Part shown: positions 12,601 through 23,130 of the stretch, in pieces
How positions within the stretch are numbered: position 1 is the first letter of the stretch
Layout: the number at the start of each line of letters is the position of its first letter
Source: Epiperipatus broadwayi
Lineage: Eukaryota > Animalia > Onychophora
DNA: 64,000 bases
Assembly (NCBI GenBank): GCA_028023455.1
Contig: JAQFVV010000005.1
Coordinates: forward strand, 22,568,001 to 22,632,000
Reading direction: 5' to 3'
Notes under the pieces: generated by a model
Database searches by the model: none
Seen by the model: the letters and a program-made list of their open reading frames with translations, nothing else
Told to the model about the DNA's origin: nothing
Program-made: the position numbers and the translations under genes

Positions 12601-14552
12601 TAAGTGTTAAAACTCCTTTAGCCACCAAATCGTTTAATGTTTTTTCTACTTTGTCTCTTAATGCAAAAGGCACCTTAGGCAGTTTACGTACAAATGCTTT
12701 TGCATCTTTTATCAGTTCCATGCCAACTGGTCTCATTCTAAGATCTGTTAATCCAGGCATAAACAGTTCTGGATATTGCTTTATCATTATAGTTTTTACA
12801 TGAACAGTCTTGAAAATATTCACGTGAATTCCTAAGGGAGAAAACCAATTTCTTCATAGTAACGGGCTAATATCTTTAATTACAACATATAACCCAAGAA
12901 ATCTTCACCTAGAATTTAATGTTATTGGACTTGTCATTTTTCCCCCATGTCGATTTTATTGCTGTTTATATCTGTTACCATGACATCTGTTTATGTAGAT
13001 CAAACTCATTTTTACAGTTTTCTCTAATCCTCATCCAGCCTTTATGAGAGATTAACAACAAACCAGCACCACTATCGACTTCCATAGTGACCTGTTTACC
13101 ACAAACTTGCAAATCTAAAAGAATGCCATCCACTTTAGCATGGCTATTAGTTACAGTCTTGATAGATGATTTCTTGTATTCCTCCTCTCCCCGAGATTTA
13201 TAATCTGACTTTTTCTTAAAGATTCACCCTCCTTCAAATAGCAAACCACAGCTAAGTGCCCTCTAGTGTTACAAATTCTGCATAATTTGTCTTTATGCCT
13301 GCAAATATTTTTTACATGTCCTGATTTCCCTCAGCAAGTACATTTTTGTTGTTTAATCTGCCTGCTGGGAATCAGGATTTTTTTTTTTCGTTAATAAATG
13401 AAAATCTTTTTAAATTATGTGAGATCTGGTGTATTCCGATGCTAAATTTAACATGGCTTCTTGTGCGATGCATTTATCCATGGCACTTTGTACATTATAT
13501 CAGGATCACTCAATAAAACCTTTCTAAAATTATTGTCAGCCATCCCATACAAAAATTGTTCCAGTAGAAAGACATTTAATTCTGAACCAAAATCACAGTC
13601 TTTAGCTAACTTTGTTAATGCTAAATCGAAGTCCACGTATTTTTCTCATGACAACTGCATCCTATTTCTTAGCTTAAGTCATGCTATCCATTTTGAAAGT
13701 TTTGGAGCAAAATATTTATTTAATATTTGTGTAAATTCTTGATATGGTAGGTATTTCAGGTCAGTAGCCAATTGAATAATGTCTTGTCCTGCAAAATACA
13801 GAAGTGTGGAGATTTTATAATGGTCGTCTTCAATCTTGTTCATAAACATATAATATTCCACCTGCTCAATATAATTTTTCCACGAGTTGACATTATTTAT
13901 GTTGAACTCATGAATTATTGAATTAAAAGTAGCCTTAATTAATTAGTTTCTTCTACCGAGTTTATGAAGTGCATCACTCTAGTTATGGTTTTCAAGTTAT
14001 TGAACTAAGCACCACTCTACTATGTCTGAGGGTTTCTCCTTTTTAGAAACCAGTCAGATAGTGAAAAATAAAACTAGTATACATTTGTGTCATTTTATAT
14101 ATAATTATTTATTATAACAAATTAAACAATAATGAAAATAGAGTGTTAATATAACTACATATATTATAATTAATGACAACAAAAGCAAAATTTATGTTGC
14201 TTTATAGAGTTCAATTAATTTCTTATTACTACGCTCGAACTTCAGTAATTTACACAGTTCAATTCGTCTATTTACATTATAGCAACCTTAGAAATAGTTT
14301 ATTCTTTTATGGCTCCATTAACAGTCGCTAATCTGTCTGCCATTCTACTGTTATGTTTCTGACTGTGCAGAAGAACTTCTAGGCTTTTATAGTAGTCATT
14401 TATCATCTACAATTACAAATACATTAAGTTTGTAGTAGCGCTCTCTTTAATTTATTTCCTAGAGTAAATAATAAATAATATGTACATTAAAAAGGGATGA
14501 AGAAAAAAAATACCTCTTTAAGTTCATTGTCTCCCAATGCACAAACACTCCA
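9617..14552 (-). mobile_element. Decayed Ty3/Gypsy LTR retrotransposon (gag-PR-RT-RH-IN)
   Basis: LTRs 9617-10158 and 14023-14552 (TG...CA); PPT AGAGTGGGAGGA; PBS-like TGGTGC near 14014; gag with two CCHC; protease MEVDSGAG near 13075; YLDD at 12301-12312; RNase H TDH motif; integrase 10762-11157 (DNGP, PPYHP); many stops and frameshifts. Confidence 0.93.
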
Positions 14553-15102
14553 TCTATATAATTAGACCACTCAGAAGTTATGTGATGTTTGATCAGAAAA
14601 TAGAAGACTAAGTACCACAATTTTATTCAGTTCAGCAAACTGAATATTTTTTTCTGTTTATTTTTCTCAGATGAAAATTTTGCCAAAATTTTTTATCACT
14701 TGAATCTATTCCTATCATCAATATGCTAAACTATTCAGAACAATTTATTTAATTACTGTCCAACAGATAATAATGAATCACAAAGAGATTATTTTTGCAA
14801 TTTTAATGGCTATATCATTATTAAATACCATGAAAACAGAATAAACTTTTGTTGATTTAGAATATTTTGGTGTATTTATAAAGATATTCCATTTTGCTTT
14901 TTGCGTGTGTGTTGATTATATTATATCCTGTATAACTGACAAGTAATTTATTATGAACTTATTTCCATGTTATTTCTTTTTTTTATCTTTAAATTTCTGC
15001 TAATAATTTCAGCTGCCCAACAGTCTTCTTCAAATCTTATACCTTCTATAGCAAATCAATGCTTATTTGGTTTTAATTATTTTTTTTATATTTTTATTAA
15101 AG

Positions 15103-15213
15103 ATCCTCCTGAACCTACATGTAGACCTGATGATTGTCCTGAACATTCCCACTGTGTATCTAATACAGAATGTGAGTGCGATGATGGTTACATGCTCCAA
15201 GGAGATGTGTGTG
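15103..15213 (+). CDS. EGF-like exon 3 (111 nt)
   Basis: taaag|ATCCT...GTGTG|gtaagt; PPEPTCRPDDCPEHSHCVSNTECECDDGYMLQGDVC. Confidence 0.85.
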
Positions 15214-15464
15214 GTAAGTAGAACTTATTCATTCAAAAAGGTATTCGAAAAACAAAGACTCATTATGAAACATAAGAGTTCTGATGAGGAATATATCCTT
15301 TAACCAACTCTATTACTTATACCCAAAACAATTATATTCTTTATGCAGATACTTACTACTGTTAAATGTGAGTTGAATTTTTGTTGCATTTTTTTTGACG
15401 AAGACTGCGAGAGAGTTGAACCTATCAACATAGTAATAAAATGCATTGTTAAATGTGCAGTGTA

Positions 15465-15570
15465 TTTTTTTTTCTCATGTGTCAAAGCATCGGCCAGGAA
15501 GCGAACCCACAAAGCTGGAACAACTGCTTGTAAGGCAGCTGTGCTGACCTCTCGGCCACCAACACTTGAT
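15465..15570 (-). mobile_element. tRNA-related SINE, copy 2
   Basis: Same family; TGGCCGAGAGG / GGTTCGCTTCC / A-tail. Confidence 0.7.
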
Positions 15571-16745
15571 TGCCCGTTTTTTCAATAAAAAAAGATTTTC
15601 ATACAAGACTGCTAGACAGTCAAAACTGTTAACATGACTGTGATGGCATGACTGTCATCTTTGTCATCATCATAAGTAATTTATGATTTCTGTCTATGTT
15701 ATAGATTTTGAGATTATAAGGAATTAAGAGTCATGTTTAAAGTGATAAATTGATGGCGGGTGCTTTCCTTGTCCATCATATTGTAATACAGATCAGCACA
15801 AAATATGTTATGTTTAACTATATGAAGAAATAAAACAAAAGGAAAGGGGATATATTTAAGTTATGAATTTTATATGTTTCATGGCTAACATGTAATAAAA
15901 AGGCTTGGAATGCTTGTACTGTTATATAGAAAGTCGTAAATGCATAAAATAAAATAAAATATCCTTAATAAACGTTTTTGGACTCACTTCTATAATAAGG
16001 CTGGGTTCTGCTGTGTACACATCCATATGTTTTATTTTATTAAAGAGTAAATTTAGGTATGTGTGTGTGTACAAGCTTTTAAATGATATCTAGAATACTC
16101 CAGAAGGTTTTTTTCATTCTTTTATTAATAACCTTCTATGTTTTGATTGTCTAAGTTTTATTCAGGGGTTTCTTTCATTTTTATGTTGTTTCAAAACTGC
16201 ACATAACTGGGCTCTACAAGACAAATCAAAAATGAGGAGATTGGATAATCAAACTGCATTGATTAAAAAGTGTTAAATTGGTTGTGTGCTACATTTTAAA
16301 AGTTTATATTATAGAAAGAGAAATTTGCGATAAATGCATTTGCAATCTTGGAATGGTGCAAAAATTTAAAAGGCAGTTAATGTTTGTCTTATAAAATGTT
16401 AGTCATTTCTGTCAAATAATGTCAGCCATTTTATTGCCAAAATACATTATTTTCTCATGTATCTTATTTTACATTTATTTGCATTTCTGGATTTTTAAGG
16501 GATTTAATATTAATCTTATAATAATTAAGTAGATATTTGATAACATTTTTAAAGCAAATTTATACAAAGTATCTTTTTGCAGTGACTATTTCTTTAAAGT
16601 GATGAGAAGTCAATGCTGCTTTAAGATAACTATTTAGATATTGGAATAATATTTTCTCCGACAAAATTTAATTCCCAAATTGTTTTATATACAATTTATA
16701 AGCATTAAGGAATATTTGTTTCAATATCATACAATAAAGATTGTT

Positions 16746-17003
16746 AAACCACTAAACATCACATGATCACCATCTCTTATACTAGCACATAACTGTTATT
16801 AAACAGGCAAAATTCTCCATACAGTAGGTGCAGTGCTCTCAGATCCAAGGCTCCTCACTGATGAAGGCCATAAGCCAGAAACTAGTCTGGGGATTTTGGA
16901 TGAGTAGGAACTAGATAGGGATTTTATGCACAAGCCTTCTGGCATCCATTGATTACTCTGTGTGCACAGGGTGGCACTACTGTATGGAGAGTTTTGCCTG
17001 TTT
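16746..17003 (+). mobile_element. Non-autonomous hammerhead-bearing element (family H) inserted in an EGF exon copy
   Basis: Inverted ends of about 32 bp, tail of about 50 nt on the left arm, direct repeat AATAAAGATTGTT at 16733-16745 and 17004-17016. Confidence 0.8.
16851..16894 (+). ncRNA. Minimal type I hammerhead ribozyme motif (family H), sense to host gene
   Basis: CUCCUCA CUGAUGA A GGC cauaa GCC A GAAA C ua GU C UGGGGA; palindromic ACUAGU stem III (dimer type); atypical A.A at the base of stem II. Confidence 0.65.
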
Positions 17004-17291
17004 AATAAAGATTGTTCCAGTAAACAATGGGAAAGAATGCCCAACAAGAAAGCCATTTGTGTTTGCACTATTAAAAAGACAGTCAACTCTAATGAAAAAT
17101 ATTGCATGCTGTATTTTATCACCAAAGAGCAATTCAGTTACCTTTTGCTTATTCTACATGTGATTGCTTTGTCCCAGCTTTTTTTGATTTGAACTGAATT
17201 TGATACCATTCTAAATCAATAATAAAATTGGGAATATTTTTTTATATCATTAGCTTTTTATTTGATTTTATATCTTCATTAACTTTTTTAG

Positions 17292-17412
17292 TGCCATATA
17301 CTGAGGATTGCTCCAGAAATACTGCGGCAAGAATGCCCAGTGTATTATCAAAACCCAAAAGTCATTTGCGTTAGCCCTGTTGAAATGATAGGGAACCCTA
17401 ATAAAAGATGTA
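17292..17412 (+). pseudogene. Frameshifted EGF exon copy (121 nt) that keeps AG and GT: candidate poison exon
   Basis: Two 1-nt deletions relative to the 123-nt neighbours; in-frame TAG if spliced in phase 1; ttttag|TG and TA|gtatgt. Confidence 0.75.
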
Positions 17413-17601
17413 GTATGTTATATTTTATTGTTGAAAAGCAATTCTTTTGACTTTTTGCTTACATTGTGTTCCTTGCTTTGCTGACTTTTTTGTTTGTTTG
17501 ACTTTGATTCTGTTCTAAAACCTTTAAATAAAATAGTTGTTGTTTTTTAATTTTTTTTTTACTAAATCATTTGATTTTACATACTTATAAACTTTTTACA
17601 G

Positions 17602-17724
17602 TGTCGTATAATGAAGATTGTTCCAGTAAACACTGTGGCCAGAATGCCCGGTGTGTTATCAAAAACAAAAAGGCTGTTTGCGTTTGCCCTGTTGAAATGA
17701 CAGGAAACCCTAATGAAGAATGTG
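17602..17724 (+). CDS. EGF-like exon 4 (123 nt, micro-array)
   Basis: ttacag|TG...TGTG|gtacgt; VSYNEDCSSKHCGQNARCVIKNKKAVCVCPVEMTGNPNEEC. Confidence 0.85.
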
Positions 17725-17922
17725 GTACGTCATATTTTATCAGCAAAAAGGCTGCTTTTTTGACTTTCTGCTTATCTTGGATTCAGTTGCTTGGCAGGTT
17801 TTTTTTTTAATCTAAACTTGATGATATTTTAAAACAATGGGGAAAAACTGGGAATAATTTTTTTCTCATCAGTTTTTACTAAATCATGTGATTTTATATC
17901 TCTATTAATTAATTTTTTTCAG

Positions 17923-18045
17923 TGCCATATAGTGAAGATTGTTCCAGTAAGCACTGTGGTAAGAATGCCCAGTGTATTATCAAAAACAAAAAAGCTGTTT
18001 GTGTTTGCCCTGTTGAAATGATGGGAAACCCTGATGAAGAATGTG
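17923..18045 (+). CDS. EGF-like exon 5 (123 nt)
   Basis: tttcag|TG...TGTG|gtatgt; VPYSEDCSSKHCGKNAQCIIKNKKAVCVCPVEMMGNPDEEC. Confidence 0.85.
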
Positions 18046-18213
18046 GTATGTTAGAATTTATTGCCAAACGTTGCATTCATTCGCTTTGTCGGCTTTTTTT
18101 CTTTGTTTGAATTTGATACTATTCTAAAACATTTAAATAAAATCGAGGTTTTTTTTTCTTCAATTTTTTTTACTAAATCATTTGATTTTATATATGTATA
18201 AAACTTTTTCCAG

Positions 18214-18336
18214 TGTCCTATAATGAAGATTGTACCAGTAAACACTGTGGCCAGAATGCTCAGTGTGTTGTAAAAAATAAAAAAGCTGTTTGTATTTGCC
18301 CTGTTGAAATGACAGGGAATCCCGATGAAGAATGTG
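18214..18336 (+). CDS. EGF-like exon 6 (123 nt)
   Basis: ttccag|TG...TGTG|gtatgt; VSYNEDCTSKHCGQNAQCVVKNKKAVCICPVEMTGNPDEEC. Confidence 0.85.
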
Positions 18337-18535
18337 GTATGTTATGTTTTATTACTGAAGAACAGTTCTTTTGACTTTCTGCTTATCTTGCATTCATTTG
18401 CTTTATCGGTCTTTTTTTTAATTGTTAGAATGTGATACCATTGTAAAACAATTAAATAAAATTGGATAATTCTTTCTTTAATGTTTTTTTTTTACCAAAT
18501 CATTTGATTTCATGTACTTATAAAACTTGTTTCAG

Positions 18536-18658
18536 TGTCATATAGTGGGGATTGTTCCAGTAAGCATTGTGGGAAGAATGCTCAATGTGTTATTAAAAAC
18601 AAAAAAGCCATTTGTGTTTGCCCTATTGAAATGACAGGCAACCCTGACGAAGAATGTG
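18536..18658 (+). CDS. EGF-like exon 7 (123 nt)
   Basis: tttcag|TG...TGTG|gtatgt; VSYSGDCSSKHCGKNAQCVIKNKKAICVCPIEMTGNPDEEC. Confidence 0.85.
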
Positions 18659-19070
18659 GTATGTTGTATTTTATCACTGAAGCATTATTTTCTTTTTTTG
18701 CTTGATTTATATTCAGTGTATTAATGACTGGTTTGCTTTTTTTATTGTATATGTCATTATTTCTGAATTAATTAGGGATAGTCCTGCTAAAGAATGTGGT
18801 TCGTCACACATTTTTGCTTAAAGGAACAATTTTTTAAATAGTTGCTTGTCTTGCATTCGGATGCTTTATTAGCTTTTCTCTTATTTCATCTAGTGTTTGG
18901 AGCTTTTTAGATATAATTTATTAAATTTTGGGATATTCATTTATATAGTGATACCTACAAAGCGCATGCGCATTAGCTTATTGGTATTACAGTTTATAAA
19001 AACATCGCGCTATATAAAATAAATGTCTTATTATTATTTTTTATTATAATTAAAATAAAATGTTTTTTAG

Positions 19071-19193
19071 TTTCATATAGTGAAAATTGTTCCAATAAAC
19101 ATTGTGGCAAAAACTCCTTATGTGTTACTAAAAACAAAAAAGCCATTTGTGTTTGCCCTGTTGAAATGACAGGAAACCCTGACGAAGAATGTG
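19071..19193 (+). CDS. EGF-like exon 8 (123 nt)
   Basis: ttttag|TT...TGTG|gtatgt; VSYSENCSNKHCGKNSLCVTKNKKAICVCPVEMTGNPDEEC. Confidence 0.8.
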
Positions 19194-19394
19194 GTATGTT
19201 GTATTTTATTGCCAAAAAGCTTAGTTGTTTGTTTTTTTTATCTTTTTCTTGTTTTGCATTCAGTTGTTTTCTCGCTTTTTTTTTTTTGTCTCAGTTTAAT
19301 ATTCTAAAATAATATAATAAAACTGGAAATAATTTTTTTCTCAGCAGTTTTTTATTAAATAACTTGATTTTATATCTTTGTTAATTTTTTGCAG

Positions 19395-19517
19395 TGCCAT
19401 ATATTGAAGATTGCTCTAGTAAACACTGTGGCAAGAGTGCCCAGTGTGTTATCAAAAACCAAAAAGCCATTTGTGTTTGCCCTGTTGAAATGACAGGGAA
19501 TCCTAATGAAGAATGTG
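19395..19517 (+). CDS. EGF-like exon 9 (123 nt)
   Basis: ttgcag|TG...TGTG|gtatgt; VPYIEDCSSKHCGKSAQCVIKNQKAICVCPVEMTGNPNEEC. Confidence 0.85.
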
Positions 19518-19716
19518 GTATGTTGTATTTTATTGCCAAAAAGCTATTTTTTTTTTCGATTTTTTGCTTATCTTGGATATAATTATGTTCCTGTCTTTTT
19601 TTTTTTGTCTGAATTTGATGACATATTAAAACAATGGAATAAAACTGGGAATATTTTTGTTCTCATCAGTTTTTCATTAAATCATTTGATTTTATATTTC
19701 TGTTAATTTTTTTCAG

Positions 19717-19839
19717 TGCCATATATTGAAGATTGCTCTAGTAAACACTGTGGCAAGAACGCCCAGTGTGTTATCAAAAACAAAAAAGCCATTTGTGTCT
19801 GCCCTATCGAAATGATAGGAAATCCTGATGAAGAATGTG
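19717..19839 (+). CDS. EGF-like exon 10 (123 nt)
   Basis: tttcag|TG...TGTG|gtatgt; VPYIEDCSSKHCGKNAQCVIKNKKAICVCPIEMIGNPDEEC. Confidence 0.85.
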
Positions 19840-20031
19840 GTATGTTGGAATTTATTACCAAAAGCAATTCTTTTGATTTTTTGCTTAAATTGCATTCATT
19901 TGCTTTGCTGGCTTTTTTTTGTTTGTTTGAATTTGAAACCATTCTAAAACACTTCAGTAAAATTGGAAGGTTTTTCTTTATAATTTTTTACTAAATTATT
20001 TGATTTTTAATATGTATAAATTTTTTTTCAG

Positions 20032-20154
20032 TATCATATAGTGAAGATTGTATCAATAAACACTGTGGCCAGAATGCCCAGTGTGTTGTAAAAAACAAAA
20101 AAGCCATTTGTGTTTGCCCTAGTGAAATGACAGGAAATCCTGATGAAGACTGTG
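20032..20154 (+). CDS. EGF-like exon 11 (123 nt)
   Basis: tttcag|TA...TGTG|gtatgt; VSYSEDCINKHCGQNAQCVVKNKKAICVCPSEMTGNPDEDC. Confidence 0.85.
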
Positions 20155-20351
20155 GTATGTTGTATTTTATAGCCGAAGATCAATTCTTTTGACATTTTGC
20201 TTGTCTTGTGCTCATTTGCTTTGCTGGCATTTTGTTTTGGTTTGAATTTGATATTTTTATTTTAAAAAATTATATAAAAGTGATATTTTTTTTATTTACT
20301 TTTTCATATTAAATCAATTGACTTTATGTATCTATAGAACTTTTTAAACTG

Positions 20352-20471
20352 TTGTCTAGTGAAGTTTGTAGTGATAAATACTGTGGCCACAATGACCAAT
20401 GTGTTATCAAAAACAATAAAACTGTTTGTATTTATCTGTTAAAATGATAGGGAACTCTAATACAAAATGTG
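20352..20471 (+). pseudogene. Decayed EGF exon copy
   Basis: Consensus acceptor lost (aactg|tt), Cys>Tyr, 1-nt deletion giving TGA; donor gtgtgt. Confidence 0.7.
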
Positions 20472-20649
20472 GTGTGTCATATTTTATTGCCAAAAGGCTT
20501 CTTTTCTCTTTTTTGTTGATATTTTGCTTACTTTGTGTTCATTTGTTTTGCTGGCTTTTTTAAAAGAACATTCTTAAATGATTAAATAAAATTGGAAAAT
20601 CTTTTGTTTCACTAAAACCTTCGACTTTCTATATTTATAATCATTTCAG

Positions 20650-20761
20650 TGGCATGTAGTGAAGATTGCTCCAGCAAACACTGTGATAAGAATGCCCAAT
20701 GTATTCAAATAATCTGTATTTGTCTTGATTAAAATGATTGAAGATCCTGATGGCGATTGAT
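20650..20761 (+). pseudogene. Decayed EGF exon copy
   Basis: AG intact, but internal deletion and in-frame TAA (ACSEDCSSKHCDKNAQCIQIICICLD*); weak donor gttcat. Confidence 0.7.
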
Positions 20762-21918
20762 GTTCATTGTATTTTATTGCTGAAGTGTACTTTTTGTTTG
20801 ATTTATGCTCAGTGTGCTAATAACTATTTTTAACTTTTATTGTGGTATTTGTTGCTTTTTCTGAATTAACCAGTTGTTGGAATATTATCTTATACAATAG
20901 AATTATTCTTTTTTTTTTCACATTCTACAGTTAAGATCACATTATTAAACACTGCTTCTATTTGTATTTTTTCTATTGAAATGACTACTGATTTTGATTT
21001 GGAAGATATGATAGGTAGTATTTTACTGCTTATATTGGACTTTTTTGCCACTTAATTTCTGCTCAGTGCTTTTAGGATTTTTTTTTTTTTATTTGTATGA
21101 TATCTGTTGTAGATCTAAATTAGCAACTTAGTTGTAGATTACTATTTTCAAAAAATAATTTTTACAATTTTCAATATCATAATGTGAAGATTCTAACATT
21201 AAACAGTATGAAGAAGTGTTATAAAAGAGTAAAATTAAGGACAGTTCAGAGGCAGGACTGATAAAAGTTATGTGAATGGAGTTATAATTAAAAAGTGAGT
21301 CTTTGAGAACCTGAGTCATACCAAGGAGATTTTAATCAATTCCTTAACAGAAATTAATTTAAGGGTGATACATTGTAAACCTCTATGAAACATCTTGACA
21401 GTTTAGAAAACTATTTTCCACTAAACGGAATGATGGAGCATTATAACATAATGCTGACTTGTGCTTCCTTCCAGCGATCAGAAAATTACTAGTGGAAATT
21501 ATTTCAACACACACCAGAAAATTTCCAAACATATAAAGAAGCTGTGATGCATGAATTCTACATTGCAACATGAGAATGATATAATATCAAATTATCACAA
21601 GAGAGATACAGGTTAGACTTGTACTATGTTTTGAAAGCTTTGATGACTTGCACTTTGTCATATTCCCAAATATATTATTAGGCATAATCTACTATATAAA
21701 TTAAATCAAATGATTGTATGTGCAGACAGAAATATTGAGCAGGTATCAGATTTTATAATTCGAAACATAGAATGTTTAATATTAAAACAGGCATGTGATG
21801 TAATTTTTAATATTGCAGTTGTTTTTTTTAATCAACCTTTTAAGTTTTTTTTACAATTAAATTATGAAGTTTAATGTACTTATAACTGATTCAATCTCGA
21901 AGAATTTAAAATAATTTA

Positions 21919-22337
21919 AAGTGGTGGTGTGCAATCCATGGGTCGCAGCAGGGGCTCACATCAAAATTTTTGGGGGTCATGAAATTTTTAAGAAATTTTA
22001 AGTTTTGAATAATGATAAATTGGTTTTTTTCCCAAAATAATTTAATTTTTAAAAATAAATAAAAATCACAGGAAAGTAAATTGCTTTTGTATATATCGTA
22101 ATTTTTTTTTGTAAGTATACAATTTGTTTCAAAATTTTTATTTCAAATCATATATGGTTAATACTAAAATGTTAGGAAATATAAATTTATGTATTGATTA
22201 AAACTACTACCATTTTGTTTTTAATATCCTTACATACTAGTAGTTATAATTTAGGCATGGTAAAAACAAATAATGGGTCGTGTCAAATTTTAACTGAGAA
22301 AGGGAGTTGCAAATGTAAAAAAGGTTGCATACCAATA
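21919..22337. mobile_element. Probable hAT-type MITE
   Basis: Degenerate ends agtggtggtgtgcaa / ttgcataccaata with internal GGGTCG subterminal motifs. Confidence 0.4.
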
Positions 22338-22559
22338 TTTAAGGGAAGAGAATGTAGAGTGATGGTGAGATGAACAATTTTTCATCATACTTAGAATAAA
22401 AGCAATTTGGAAATAATTTTATTTGAAGCCAAATTTTAAAGATGTTTTTAGAAATGTATTTTGTATATATATTTTAATTTTATTCTTTATAATTAGAATT
22501 TATGAAAATGTTAGTACCAAAAACTTATTCAGTAATATCAAATAAATCATAATATGTAT

Positions 22560-23130
22560 TTCCTCTTTTAAGATTTTAAGAAGGCATAACAATATTTTTG
22601 GTAATAAAAAAATAATATGGAGAAAGGGTGTTCTAAATAATTTGTTGGAAAATACAAGAGAGAATTGATAGGAATATCATTCCTAGAGTTCTTTGGTTTT
22701 TATATGAAATTATATATAGGTCAAAATAATTTGGTGGAAGAGGAAACGTTCATAAACTAGAATAAAAAATAAATATCTAAATACAGGCCATTAGATTATG
22801 TTTGAGCAGATTAAGATTGTCTTCTTTAAGAAGAATGAAAAAGAAAAAATTAAGAATCTCTTTTAATAAATAAATATTTATATTCTGAAACTAAAATTTG
22901 TTTAAAAGTTCTTTTAGTATTAAAGGTAATTGGAATGTGAGTTGGAATTGTGGGAATATAGTATATACTTATACTGCTTTGTTTTATCTTGCACTTGAGA
23001 AGTCTGTCTTGGCAGGGAAATCATTGGTAGTGAATTTTTTAAATTTGATTTTGACTACTGATTTAATTTTGAATTAGTATATTTGGTTTATTATATTGAC
23101 TAGTTTAGCTTTTGGAATTTGATATTTATG
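22560..23130 (+). mobile_element. PLE family P 3' fragment (GIY-YIG remnant + 3' UTR)
   Basis: YIGQ motif; matches the reverse complement of about 1990-2300; HHR-like motif at 22992-23032. Confidence 0.65.

Larger units (their letters stand above)
16725..17103 (+). pseudogene. Decayed EGF exon copy interrupted by the hammerhead element at 16746-17003
   Basis: Acceptor AG>AA (ttcaa|TATCATACAATAAAGATTGT); resumes after the insertion as CCAGTAAACAATGG...; internal deletion; donor GT>GC. Confidence 0.75.
16700..20800 (+). repeat. Tandem exon+intron micro-array, about 300-320-bp period, about 12 units
   Basis: Recurrent exon plus shared intron motifs (gtatgttgtattttatt ... aaatcatttgatttta ... 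ttttttcag). Confidence 0.9.

Noticed and set aside
18031-18045. CTGATGA/CTGACGA inside many EGF exons as hammerhead cores
   Set aside because: It is the P-D-E-E coding sequence and is followed by a splice donor, with no stem II or GAAAC.
17292-20154. Regular repeats with spacers that look like a CRISPR array
   Set aside because: The repeats are 123-nt coding exons with AG/GT boundaries and the spacers are homologous introns; eukaryotic context and no cas genes.
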